The notes under the pieces were generated by a model, which saw only the letters and a program-made list of their open reading frames with translations, did not search any database and was not told the DNA's origin. From an uncultured virus (IMG/VR IMGVR_UViG_2061766007_001600) (taxonomy: Duplodnaviria > Heunggongvirae > Uroviricota > Caudoviricetes): DNA of 48,499 bases. Positions 20,410 through 31,410 of the stretch are shown here, one piece after another. Location: IMG/VR virus record IMGVR_UViG_2061766007_001600; one strand, given 5' to 3'. The number at the start of each line of letters is the position of its first letter. The first letter of the stretch is position 1. Made by a program: the position numbers and the translations under genes.

Positions 20410-21622
20410 ATGGAGAAGAAACTGAACCTGGAACTAAACATGCAGAAAATCGAGATATCGAAGCTGAAGCCTGCCGGGTATAACCCACGTAAGAGACTTC
20501 AGCCAGGTGACAAAGACTATGAAGATATCAAAAACAGCTTCTATGAGTTCGGATATATCGATCCGATCATAGTCAACAAGGACATGACAATCATCAGTGG
20601 GCATCANNNNNNNNNNNNNNNNNNNNNNNNNNNNNNNNNNNNNNNNNNNNNNNNNNNNNNNNNNNNNNNNNNNNNNNNNNNNNNNNNNNNNNNNNNNNNN
20701 NNNNNNNNNNNNNNNNNNNNNNNNNNNNNNNNNNNNNNNNNNNNNNNNNNNNNNNNNNNNNNNNNNNNNNNNNNNNNNNNNNNNNNNNNNNNNNNNNNNN
20801 NNNNNNNNNNNNNNNNNNNNNNNNNNNNNNNNNNNNNNNNNNNNNNNNNNNNNNNNNNNNNNNNNNNNNNNNNNNNNNNNNNNNNNNNNNNNNNNNNNNN
20901 NNNNNNNNNNNNNNNNNNNNNNNNNNNNNNNNNNNNNNNNNNNNNNNNNNNNNNNNNNNNNNNNNNNNNNNNNNNNNNNNNNNNNNNNNNNNNNNNNNNN
21001 NNNNNNNNNNNNNNNNNNNNNNNNNNNNNNNNNNNNNNNNNNNNNNNNNNNNNNNNNNNNNNNNNNNNNNNNNNNNNNNNNNNNNNNNNNNNNNNNNNNN
21101 NNNNNNNNNNNNNNNNNNNNNNNNNNNNNNNNNNNNNNNNNNNNNNNNNNNNNNNNNNNNNNNNNNNNNNNNNNNNNNNNNNNNNNNNNNNNNNNNNNNN
21201 NNNNNNNNNNNNNNNNNNNNNNNNNNNNNNNNNNNNNNNNNNNNNNNNNNNNNNNNNNNNNNNNNNNNNNNNNNNNNNNNNNNNNNNNNNNNNNNNNNNN
21301 NNNNNNNNNNNNTCCGTAACTCATCACAGGAGAATGGTATCGTCCTGGACCTGTTCGGAGGGTCCGGAACAACACTGATTGCGTCTGAACAGCTAAACAG
21401 GACAGCAAACGTCATGGAGATCGATCCAGGCTTCGCTTCCACGATTGTCAGACGGTATACCGCATATAAACAGGGAACGAGTGATATCAGGGTGATCCGG
21501 TATGGTAAGACCCTGGACTGCCCGNNNNNNNNNNNNNNNATTTCCAATATAAGGAAGCGTCAGTGGATGATGTTCAGAGCAGCGCATTCGGAGAAGTAGA
21601 TTTCGAAGAGCCTGAACAGTGA
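20410..21622 (+). CDS. ParB-N domain + N4/N6 DNA methyltransferase (middle in gap)
   Basis: LKPAGYNPRK..FGYIDPIIVN..IISGH; C-terminal IVLDLFGGSGTTLIASEQLNR..MEIDP. Confidence 0.85.
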
Positions 21623-21841
21623 TATTTATGTCCGGAGAACGTGCAAAAGTGCGCTAAAATAATCATAAAAGCATATTCTACCTGTGCATATTGAACATAT
21701 AACGCACTATAATGCGTAATTATGCACAAGCGCAGAAGCACATATTTGTGCATTTTTACAGTGTACACTGCGCTTGTTAAAGCGTATAAATAGATGTAGG
21801 GAGAGGTGGCAGTGAGATAAAGCTTTTGGGAGGGCTTAAAA

Positions 21842-22779
21842 ATGAAAAACAGAAACGAATTCATCGAGCGCATGAAAAAGCAGACAATCGGTGTCGAGGT
21901 TGAGATGTACAACATCACTCGTCCTGCGGCGGCAAAGGCAGTTGCTGAGTTCTTCGGAACGTATCAGGGTGAATGGTCAATCGGACATGAGTGTCATCTG
22001 GACACCTACTACTGCAAGGACACTCAGGGCAGGAAGTGGAAGTTCGCAAGTGACTCCTCTATCAGAGCGAGAAGCACCAGAACACAGTGCGAGTTGAACA
22101 CACCGGTTCTTCTGTACGAAGACATTCNNNNNNNNNNNNNNNNNNNNNNNNNNNNNNNNNNNNNNNNNNNNNNNNNNNNNNNATTCATGTGGGTGCGGAT
22201 ATTGGGAAGCCGAATGGACACACAGCGCAGTCCCTCAGGAATCTTGCGAATCTCATGAAAGCGCACGAAGAGATTCTGATCGAGTCCACCGGTCTTGCGT
22301 TCGAGAGGCTGAGATGGTGCAACACCAGTAGCGATGCTNNNNNNNNNNNNNNNNNNNNNCACTGGAAGACCTGAAAAGGATCTGGTATGCGTCTCATGGC
22401 AGTGGTGAGTATGGTTGCCTACATCATTATGATCACTCAAGATACCACATGCTGAATCTGCATGCACTCTTTCAGGAGAATGGTCACGGAACGGTCGAGT
22501 TCAGACTGTTTCAGTTCGACAATCCTGAGGGCGGTCGGAACGGTAAAAAGAACGGAATTCACGCCGGAATGATCAAGGCTTACATGCAGTTGGTTCTGGC
22601 AATGAGTCAGTACGCTAAGGAAATCCGCTACGCAACACCGAATTCAAATGACGACAGCAACCACAAGTACGCAATGCGGTGTTGGCTTCTGAGGCTTGGG
22701 TTCATCGGAGNNNNNNNNNNNNNNNNNNNNNNNNNGTCTGAGCGGTGATGCGGCACGTAGCGGAAGACACGCTGCCTGA
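21842..22779 (+). CDS. Putative amidoligase (COOH-NH2 ligase) family
   Basis: TIGVEVEM, WKFASDSSI, ELNTP, IHVG, LNLH, GTVEFRLF, MRCWLLRLGFIG. Confidence 0.88.
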
Positions 22780-22842
22780 TGTAGTAGAAGAGCACACAGA
22801 GCCGTTTAGGACGGCTCTGTGGCATAGGAAGGGGGGATCAAA

Positions 22843-23109
22843 ATGTATAACAGGGAACTTTACAAGCGAGGGGAAAAGGATTTGATAGAGCAGGTCCTGA
22901 AAAAGACCGGTGAGGTTGCCACTCGATATCTCGACAGTGCGGATAAGCTGATTGACGAAGAGATAGAGGAGATGGCATGGGAAGCGGAAAATGACCCTTA
23001 CTACTGGAGTGGAAGCGAGGCGATGGCTTACTTCTGCCTGTGTGAGGAGCGTGGTGTCGGAACGGCGGAAGAATGGCTGCGCATGTATCGTGAAATGAAA
23101 TCAGCATAA
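22843..23109 (+). CDS. hypothetical protein
   Basis: ORF between amidoligase and GGCT. Confidence 0.6.
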   Translation: MYNRELYKRGEKDLIEQVLKKTGEVATRYLDSADKLIDEEIEEMAWEAENDPYYWSGSEAMAYFCLCEERGVGTAEEWLRMYREMKSA

Positions 23110-23131
23110 GGAATAGGGAGGAAGAATTGCT

Positions 23132-23683
23132 ATGGCGAAGAGAAGAGTAAAAGACACAGATCGGTACTATCTGGCATACGGATCAAACCTGTCCGTTGAT
23201 CAGATGCTCTACAGGTGTCCTGATGCGGTCTATGTAGGGTACACGTACATCAAGGACTATGAGCTGCTGTTCAAGGGTTCGCAGACCGGATCATACCTGA
23301 CGATTGAGAAAAAGGACGGTGCAGTAGTGCCGGTGCTCGTATGGAAGATCAGTAAGGCAGATGAGAAGAATCTGGACAGGTACGAGGGATGCCCGCACTT
23401 CTACTACAAGAAGATGATGAAGGTGAAGGTCTACAACTTCCTGACACACAGACCAGGCAAAGAGGTCGATGCGATGGTGTACATCATGCATGAGGAAAGA
23501 CGACTGGGAGTGCCGAGCGGATCATACTACAGCGTCTGCAAAGAGGGTTATGACCGGTTCGGATTCGATGAATGCCACCTGATAAAGGCACTGGCGAATT
23601 CGGTCGGAGATAAAAGAGCGGATCATCTCAGTGAATACTGGGGCAAAAACTATGGTCTGAACAGGGTATCAGGCTGGCGGTAA
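23132..23683 (+). CDS. Gamma-glutamylcyclotransferase (AIG2-like)
   Basis: YLAYGSNL, QMLYRCP, LDRYEG, GY..FGFD. Confidence 0.9.
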   Translation: MAKRRVKDTDRYYLAYGSNLSVDQMLYRCPDAVYVGYTYIKDYELLFKGSQTGSYLTIEKKDGAVVPVLVWKISKADEKNLDRYEGCPHFYYKKMMKVKVYNFLTHRPGKEVDAMVYIMHEERRLGVPSGSYYSVCKEGYDRFGFDECHLIKALANSVGDKRADHLSEYWGKNYGLNRVSGWR

Positions 23684-23697
23684 AGGAAGGAGGGAAC

Positions 23698-24114
23698 ATG
23701 AGGGAACAGACAGAGATATCAGAAGAGTATACGGAGATTGCGGCAGATGTGATCAAAGAGAATGAGGATCTTTCATGGTTACAGGAAGCCGATGTGACAA
23801 TCGGCTACATNNNNNNNNNNNNNNNNAGCGGAAAGCCGGTGTGTGCGGACTGCCGGAAGATCCCGGACAGGGATAAGAGGTTCATACCATTCGATTTCAT
23901 TATAACGGTCTACGATCCGAATGTATGTGGGTTCTCAGATGAGCAGATGAAGATCCTGCTGTATCACGAATTGCTGCATGTGGGAGTTGATCAGAAAGAC
24001 GATGGTTCGCTGAAACTGTACATCGTTCCGCATGACATTGAGGACTTTTCAGCGGTGATTGATAAGTACGGAGAAACCTGGGCAGAGAATGATGGAGCAG
24101 ATGACGATATTTGA
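23698..24114 (+). CDS. Putative phage metallopeptidase
   Basis: ILLYHELLH, IVPHDIEDF..VIDKYG. Confidence 0.8.
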   Translation: MREQTEISEEYTEIAADVIKENEDLSWLQEADVTIGYXXXXXXSGKPVCADCRKIPDRDKRFIPFDFIITVYDPNVCGFSDEQMKILLYHELLHVGVDQKDDGSLKLYIVPHDIEDFSAVIDKYGETWAENDGADDDI

Positions 24115-25432
24115 TTATATGTCTACGAAGTCAGTGTGTGATGGCTGCGTGTTTCACATAGAGGGAGCATGCAGTCATATCTCCGGTGCTGACTTTGGCT
24201 GTATTAAAGGCAGTTTCAAGATACGGAAGTCTAAGGCGAAGTGTCCGGAATGCGGTTGCATGGTTGAAGTTAGACAGGCCAGGCTGGGCAGTGATTACGC
24301 AATCTGCCGCAGATGCAAGAAACAGATTGAATTCAAGAATAAGGGAAACAGGAAAACAGCTTTTGAAATGTGGAAAGAATCAGCAAGAGTTTAAGGAGGA
24401 TAGCATGGTTGTAACGATTAGCACCGATAACAAGAACAGTTTCAATTTCGATTTGAAGCAGAGCGAGGTGGTGTTCCTCTTGAATTATGCNNNNNNNNNN
24501 NNNNNNNNNNNNNNNNNNNNATCAGAGTTTCAGGCCGGAGAAGACAGCAGAAGAGCAGCCTGATGGTTATGTCTCTGAGAGGCGGAAGTATAAGGGCTTT
24601 ATGTTGATCAAGTGCCAGGAGTGTGGTGAGACAAAGGGATTCTGCGCAAAGAGTCCTATTGATAGCTATATCTGCAATTCATGCGGTGAGAGGACACCGC
24701 TTTCCAACCTGAGGACACTGTATCAGGACTGCGATTTCTGCAATCACCATTCAAAATATCTGACGAATCTGACAGATGAAACCGTTACTCATAAGTGCAT
24801 TAGCTGTGAGCAGGAAACTACGATGGTGCTGAACAGCCGGAGGACCGCATACGNNNNNNNNNNNGTCCGCATCATGCCGTATAGATCGGGATACAGGAGG
24901 AACATCGTATGACGTACAAAGTGACGCTCACTGAGAAGCAGATGAGAGTGACACAGGCCGCACTTGAGGAGTTTTTCAGGCTGAGAATGGGGCAGTCTTT
25001 TGACTTTTGCGATGACATGGCAAAGAGTGACACAGATCTGTCGAATGATAATCCGGAGCATGAAAGACTGTTTGCCAAATTTATTGAACGCAGAGATGCG
25101 CTGCAACAGGTCATGAAAGCCTTTTTTGGTATCGCATTTCCTCTTGGATACCTGAGTGCAAAGACAGATGACATGATGGTTGCAGAGTGCATATGGNNNN
25201 NNNNNNNNNNNNNNNNNNNNGGGTGCAATCACTGGGGATCAGCAATGCAGATAGGCAGTGAACCGTCACCGAAGATAGAGGGAGAAGACTGATGGATGTA
25301 GAGAAGATTGTAAGCGAGATCATTCTGTTTGGACTTGGCATCGTTGTGAGCACCGGAACGATTCTGATTGCACGATGGATCAAAGAAGTTTTCCAGGAAG
25401 ATGCGGAAATAGAAGAGATCTCAGCAGAATAA
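24088..25432 (+). CDS. Run of small hypothetical proteins, two Cys-rich (Zn-ribbon)
   Basis: Packed ORFs with repeated CxxC (CPECG, CQECG, CNSCG, CDFC). Confidence 0.55.
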
Positions 25433-25438
25433 GACAGA

Positions 25439-25558
25439 CCGGACGTAGTTCAATCATGGTAGAACATCAAACCCTAACAAGTTGTCAGACCTATTTTTTC
25501 ACCTCCTGATTCAAAGAAAAATGCTTATGAGATGTGGGTTCGAGTCCCACCGTCCGGG
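25439..25558 (+). ncRNA. tRNA-like RNA 3 with ~55-nt insert replacing the anticodon loop
   Basis: CCGGACG/CGTCCGG acceptor, GTTC-AATCATGGTA-GAAC D arm, TCA/TGA short stem, T arm identical to RNA 1. Confidence 0.8.
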
Positions 25559-27541
25559 TTGTAACCATGGTTAATACGCAAAAAAGGGGGAATTGGCGAA
25601 TGAGAGGATACTGTGATATTTGCGGCCAGAGACTTACAGATGCGTCAGGTCACTGGACATTGATAGGGAGAGACCGGGGATTCTTTGCTGTTCCGGGCTT
25701 GGCAAATGATCAGCATATCGAGTGTTGCTTATGGTGCAAAGACAGTATTGATGAAGCGATAGCAGCGATTTCAGAGCAGCATAGGAAGGAGATGGAAAAA
25801 CTTGAGCGGTGAGAATCCCTGTAACATCTGCAAGAGCAGCGACAATTGTGATGGCTGTATCCTGAATGACCTGTCGTGGCACTCAGGGGAATGCTACAAC
25901 GATGGCTGCATGCTTCAATATGATTGCGGTTGCCTGCTGAACCTGGATAACGTTTGTAAATCGTCTACATGCTTCAAGGCACCGGGAGTGTGGGTGATGG
26001 ATGCGGTTGAGGACGAAGAGGAGACAGATGATGAGATGTGAAAACTGCCCAGCTGGCTGGGNNNNNNNNNNNNNNNNNNGCAACGACTGTGGTTGCCTGA
26101 TTTACGGTCACGGTCTGTTCAACGACAATTGCCACCTGTCGAAGGATCAGATAAGGAAACGGCTTGCCGAGTTAGATGATTACGAGCATGGCCNNNNNNN
26201 NNNNNNNNNNNNNNNNNNNNNNNNNNNNNNNNNNNNNNNNNNNNNNNNNNNNGGATGACACTTGCAGCTTCAATGGTGAACCGAGTTATGTATCTTATCC
26301 ACCGGAGCGGATGCGGAAGGGTGTGTACTATCCGCTATACGGCACAGTAGACATGCATTATCAGAGGATATCCGATTACCGCAGAGGGTATGAGGACGCA
26401 AAAGNNNNNNNNNNNNNNNNNNNNNNNNNNNNNNNNNNNNNNNNNNNNTCGAATACATCTGATGCATCAGAAGAGTCCGGAAGTGTGGTATTTGCTTGAG
26501 GAAGATGTTGATTATATCGGAGCAAGCCACAACGGAAAGCCGTTAATCATGGATGCCGAGTGTGTATATTCCGCTGACAGCCTGTGGGATATGCTTCACC
26601 AGATGCAGAACAACAAGGACTGGAGATTCTATGTGGTGCACAGTTGGATCGATAGCAAGCATCGATGGCGGGATCAGGAATATCCGCATCACAGGCACAT
26701 ATGCTCTATTGCTGGATTCATTCCTGAGGTGTGTGACATAAGACTGGATGATAATCCGTATTTAGCGGACTGGAAAGTAGACTTCTGCCGGGAACTGTGG
26801 GTATGCGAACTTGATGGTGAGCACATGTACAAGGTGAGAGGTTGGAAAAAGAAAGCTGGAAAGGCTGCTTTTGAGTACATTAAGGGGAACAAACTGAAAT
26901 GGGAAGAAGAATATCAGAACTATACCCTATCATAATCGGCATGAACCCACCGACAAAAGAAGTCGTGCTGATTCGGACAATGAAACAGTTTCCAGGTGGT
27001 TATGCATGCGCAATTTATCATGCGGACTTTCCGAAAGGAACGAAGAGAGGAGAGTCATTCGCAATGACAGATCAATCGGTCAAACGGCACAGTTTGGCTG
27101 CATGGTTGCAATTTAAAGATTCTGATGCAATGCGGAGGTTCGGACAGATGCTCGTTGACTTCGCTGATGGTGATTTGAAAGAGGGTGATTAACATGACGA
27201 AAGAAACAGAGCAATTACTCAAGCTGATTAGAGAGAATCCGGATCTTCCGGTCATTCCGATGGTCAACGAGGAAGTTGTTGCTGAAGACTGCTATACCTG
27301 GTGGCGAGGTGAGTGGATACGGTCAGAAATAACTGAGTATTACATCGGACGTGAATACGCTCATTTTAAGGACGATGATGAGGAAGACGTACTGAATGAC
27401 ATGGTTGGCTGCGAGTACAGCCACGATAAGTCAGGGAGAGATATTTACGATCTTTCCGATGAAGAGTGGGCTGCGCTGTATGCATCTATCCCATGGCAAA
27501 AAGCAATCGTTGTGTATATAGGTGTTTAAGGAGGATGAACG

Positions 27542-27751
27542 GTGGAGAAATCATTAGGGAAGAAAATCGAGGAGGCTATCAGAGCAAAGGGATTGACACA
27601 AAGAGAAGTTGCAGCGATGGCTGAGATCACTGAGGTATCACTTAGCAGATATATCCGTGATGACAGAGTACCAAAGGGACCGGTGATCGCTAAACTTGCC
27701 GATATACTGGACGTGNNNNNNNNNNNNNNNNNNNNNNNNNNNCGAGCGTAG
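27542..27751 (+). CDS. XRE-family HTH protein
   Basis: GLTQREVAAMAEITEVSLSRYIRDDRVP. Confidence 0.85.
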   Translation: MEKSLGKKIEEAIRAKGLTQREVAAMAEITEVSLSRYIRDDRVPKGPVIAKLADILDVXXXXXXXXXRA

Positions 27752-28804
27752 GGAAGAACCGGCAAGAAAAAGGGGAATACTCATGGATGAGAGCACGAAA
27801 CTGGAAGAACTGAGGGCAAAAAGGAAGGAAATAGACGAACAGATCAGGGCATTAGTTAAGGGACAGCCGATAACATGCGGCTGCGCAAGACTGGATAAGA
27901 CGCATTATNNNNNNNNNNNNNNNNNNNNNNNNNNNNNNNNNNNNNNNNNNNNNNNNNNNNNNNNNNNNNNNNNNNNNNNNNNNNNTGATAGGGTGTTTGC
28001 CTGGCATGATCAGAGACCTACAGGGTCTGTATGATGTGCTGACAGGAGAAAAACAATGAGCAATGTGATTGTACGAGGCATGGAGATGCCAAGTGAATGC
28101 CGTTCTTGTCCGTTTGAAAGTTATATTTCTGATATCGGTCAGACGTACTGTTCGGCAAATCTAAAGGTGCTTGCAACGGCTTATAAGCCAATACCGTATG
28201 AAGGTAGGTATAAGAATTGTCCGCTGTTCGAATGTAAGGACTGGAGGGAGGCATGATCTTACGAACATTAGCCTTTATCGGCTTNNNNNNNNNNNNNNNN
28301 NNNNNNNNNNNNNNNNNNNNNNNNNNNNNNNNNNNNNNNNNNNNNAAAGGAACTATGAAACTCCGTGGGAAACGTGAAGATATCGCAAGATTTTTTCGTG
28401 AAGGACTTGACGCAAGTGATCATCACAAACTTGAGGATCAGGTAAAGGATGACTCTGGAGAAGATGATCTGTGGTTTCATTTCGTGAACGGCCCTCATAT
28501 TGCCGGAACAAGAAGGGCGTTTATCGATGACGATTACGTAGAGATGTATGATGACATCGGGGTTGCTTGTGTAGACATAAAGCAGGCATGGGCATTTGAT
28601 GCAGGAAGTGAAACAGAAGATTTGAAGAAATGGAAGAACATATCCGAAAAATACAATGTCGATATCCGGCTTTATGGCATTGAGTGTGGCATGCAATTCA
28701 CACAAGAGATCATAATCGTGCGTGGAAGAAAACCTATTGTGAATGAAAAACAATATGAAAACTGGGATTGGGATTGCCCATTCCCCAATATGGGAGGGTG
28801 AGTG

Positions 28805-29080
28805 ATGCCGATGGATCGTAAGCGATATCCGAAAGAATGGAAGCTGATCTCGAAGAGCATAAAAGATGCGGTTGGGTGGAAATGCCAAAAGTGCGGTAAA
28901 CAATGCCGTAGACCGGGAGAGCCGTTTGATACGCACAAAAGATCATTGACGGTCGCACACCTCAACCATACGCCAGAGGACGTTAGACCAGAAAATCTTA
29001 TGGCAATGTGCNNNNNNNNNNNNNNNNNNNGACGCAAAACACCATGCGGAAACGAGATCGAAGCGGAGGAAAGATCATGA
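28805..29080 (+). CDS. HNH endonuclease-like protein, copy 1
   Basis: WKCQKCG, LTVAHLNH, ENLMAMC. Confidence 0.8.
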   Translation: MPMDRKRYPKEWKLISKSIKDAVGWKCQKCGKQCRRPGEPFDTHKRSLTVAHLNHTPEDVRPENLMAMCXXXXXXXRKTPCGNEIEAEERS

Positions 29081-30328
29081 GTTATGACATACGATTCGGA
29101 GTGAAGGTTGAAGGTATGGACGGATATATCGCTACGATAGATGAACCTGCGTATTCATCCCCAACATACAACCTGAGAGACATGTTTGTGGCTTGCATGN
29201 NNNNNNNNNNNNNNNNNNNNNNNNNNNNNNNNNNNNNNNNNNNNNNNNNNNNNNNNNNNNNNNNNNNNNNAGACACGGGAAGGAAGAATTGATGTTTCAT
29301 CCTCAAAAGTACAAAAAATATGACGCTCCAAATGGATGGGGGACAGTTTCTTCCGCAAAAGAGTGTCTTGATTCCTTGGTGGCGAAAATCGGAGAAATTG
29401 TCAGCGGAGATTGGGGTTGGAACGAAATTCCGCTTGAGCATCTTTGGATAAGGTGGTGATGAAGATGAGCGTAGTAGTCAGGGGCATGGAGATGCCTGAG
29501 AACTGCATTAAATGTCCGATGCAATTCGGTGGGATGTGCTATGTACAACCTACATGGGTTGACGAAGCGAGAGTTGCACCGACAGTAGATGATGCTTGGA
29601 AACAGGGAAGACCGAAGTGGTGTCCGTTATTTGNNNNNNNNNNNNNNNNNNNNNNNNNNNNNNNNNNNNNNNNNNNNNNNNNNNNNNNNNATGCGCCGAG
29701 CTGGAACTTGAAGAAACGGATATGTTCTATGGATCTAAATGGGAAGTGCATTGCACCCACGAAGATGCTTGTGAACGCATGGAGAAAAAACAGGAGGGTG
29801 AGCAATGAGCGTAAGAAGTGGGAAGGTCTGCAACGATTGCAATCACTGTATCCGGGAGCGTGACACCTATAACGTTATTGTCTGTCGATGTGAGGTTCAT
29901 CATATGTATCTCAGCTATGAGACTGTCATTGGTGGAATTTGTAAGCATTGGGAGAAGCCGAAAAAAGCGGAGGGAGAGTGATGGTAAGTGACAGGGAACT
30001 TCAGGTCTGGCAGAACAGGAACGCTCTGATAATCCAGTCACGGTACTGTGATGACCCTCCGTTTACTCTGGATCAGGAAAAGGCACTGCATGAGATTGCG
30101 AAGAGTTTTCTGATTGTCAACAGGAAGCGTGAGAGCGATAAGCGAAGGAAGGACAGGGCGAAACGGAAGAAGGAGGGCGAGTGATGACAGGAGAGTATGT
30201 AAAAATGCCAGCGCAACAAAGTTGGCAGTGTCNNNNNNNNNNTGTTGTAACGAAAAAGAATCTATCTCAACCACATACACGATTGATTATGTACATCATG
30301 AAGGGATAACAAAAACGGAGGGCGAGTG

Positions 30329-30619
30329 ATGCCGATGGATCGTAAGCGGTATCCGAAAGAGTGGAAACTGATATCAAAAAGCATAAAAGATGCCGCTGAT
30401 TGGAAGTGCCAGAAATGCGGGAAACAGTGTCGCAGACCGGGCGAACCGTTTGACACTCACAGAAACACTCTGACAGTGGCACATCTGAATCATACTCCAG
30501 AGGATGTCAGACCTGAGAATCTGATGGCGATGTGCGCTCCATGTCATCTGAAATACGATGCAAAGCATCATGCGGAAACGAGAAAGAACAGGAGGGCGAG
30601 TGATGGGAGTTTACATTAA
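30329..30619 (+). CDS. HNH endonuclease-like protein, copy 2
   Basis: WKCQKCG, LTVAHLNH..ENLMAMCAPCHLKYD. Confidence 0.85.
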   Translation: MPMDRKRYPKEWKLISKSIKDAADWKCQKCGKQCRRPGEPFDTHRNTLTVAHLNHTPEDVRPENLMAMCAPCHLKYDAKHHAETRKNRRASDGSLH

Positions 30620-31233
30620 GAGCATGGAGATGCCAAGTGAATGCTGGGAATGTCCATTGATTGAAGNNNNNNNNNNNNNNNNNNNNNNNNNNNNNNNNNN
30701 NNNNNNNNCAGGGTATTGGCAGAAAATTATAGGCCGATACAGTTTGACGGCAGACCGAAATGGTGTCCGCTTGTCGAAGTGCCAGAACCGCACGGTCGGC
30801 TGATTGATTCTGACAAGCTGATTATTGACTTGATGGATAGAGGGTTGGAAGGAATCCAGACTGATGATTATNNNNNNNNNNNNNNNNNNNNNNNNNNNNG
30901 TACAAGATACAGTGATTGAAGCGGAGGGCGAGTGATGATTTGGTGCTACTGTGAGTCATGCAAGAACCATGACGATGACGATACTTGCAAGTTAAACAGC
31001 ATAACAGTCAGTGACAGAGAAATGACGGCAGCAGGATTTTTGCCACAGTGTCAGGAATATGAGGAACAGGAGGGCGAGTGATGNNNNNNNNNNNNNNNNN
31101 NNNNNNAGAATGAATACAACTGCCAAGCGTGTCCAGAGAATCGGGAATTAGGCATTCTGTTCCCAGAAAAACTCCCTTGCGGACAGCAGAACTGTTGGGT
31201 GGTCTGCCACACTAAGTCACAGGAGGGCGAGTG

Positions 31234-31410
31234 ATGGAAGAACTTAAACCGTGTCCGTTTTGCGGAAAATATCCTCAAACGGTAGTGGATGATGAAACCG
31301 AGGAGAAATTCGGTGTTAAATNNNNNNNNNNNNNNNNNNNNNNNNNNNNNNNNNNNNNNNNNNNNNNNNNNNNNNNNNNNNNNNNNNNNNAACAGGAGGA
31401 CGAGTAATGA
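31234..31410 (+). CDS. Lar-family restriction alleviation-like protein (partly in gap)
   Basis: MEELKPCPFCG start; AACAGGAGG (NRR) after the gap. Confidence 0.65.

Noticed and set aside
20594..21547. Long X-filled ORFs and antisense shadow ORFs in the track
   Set aside because: Artefacts of N gaps or overlap with well-supported genes.
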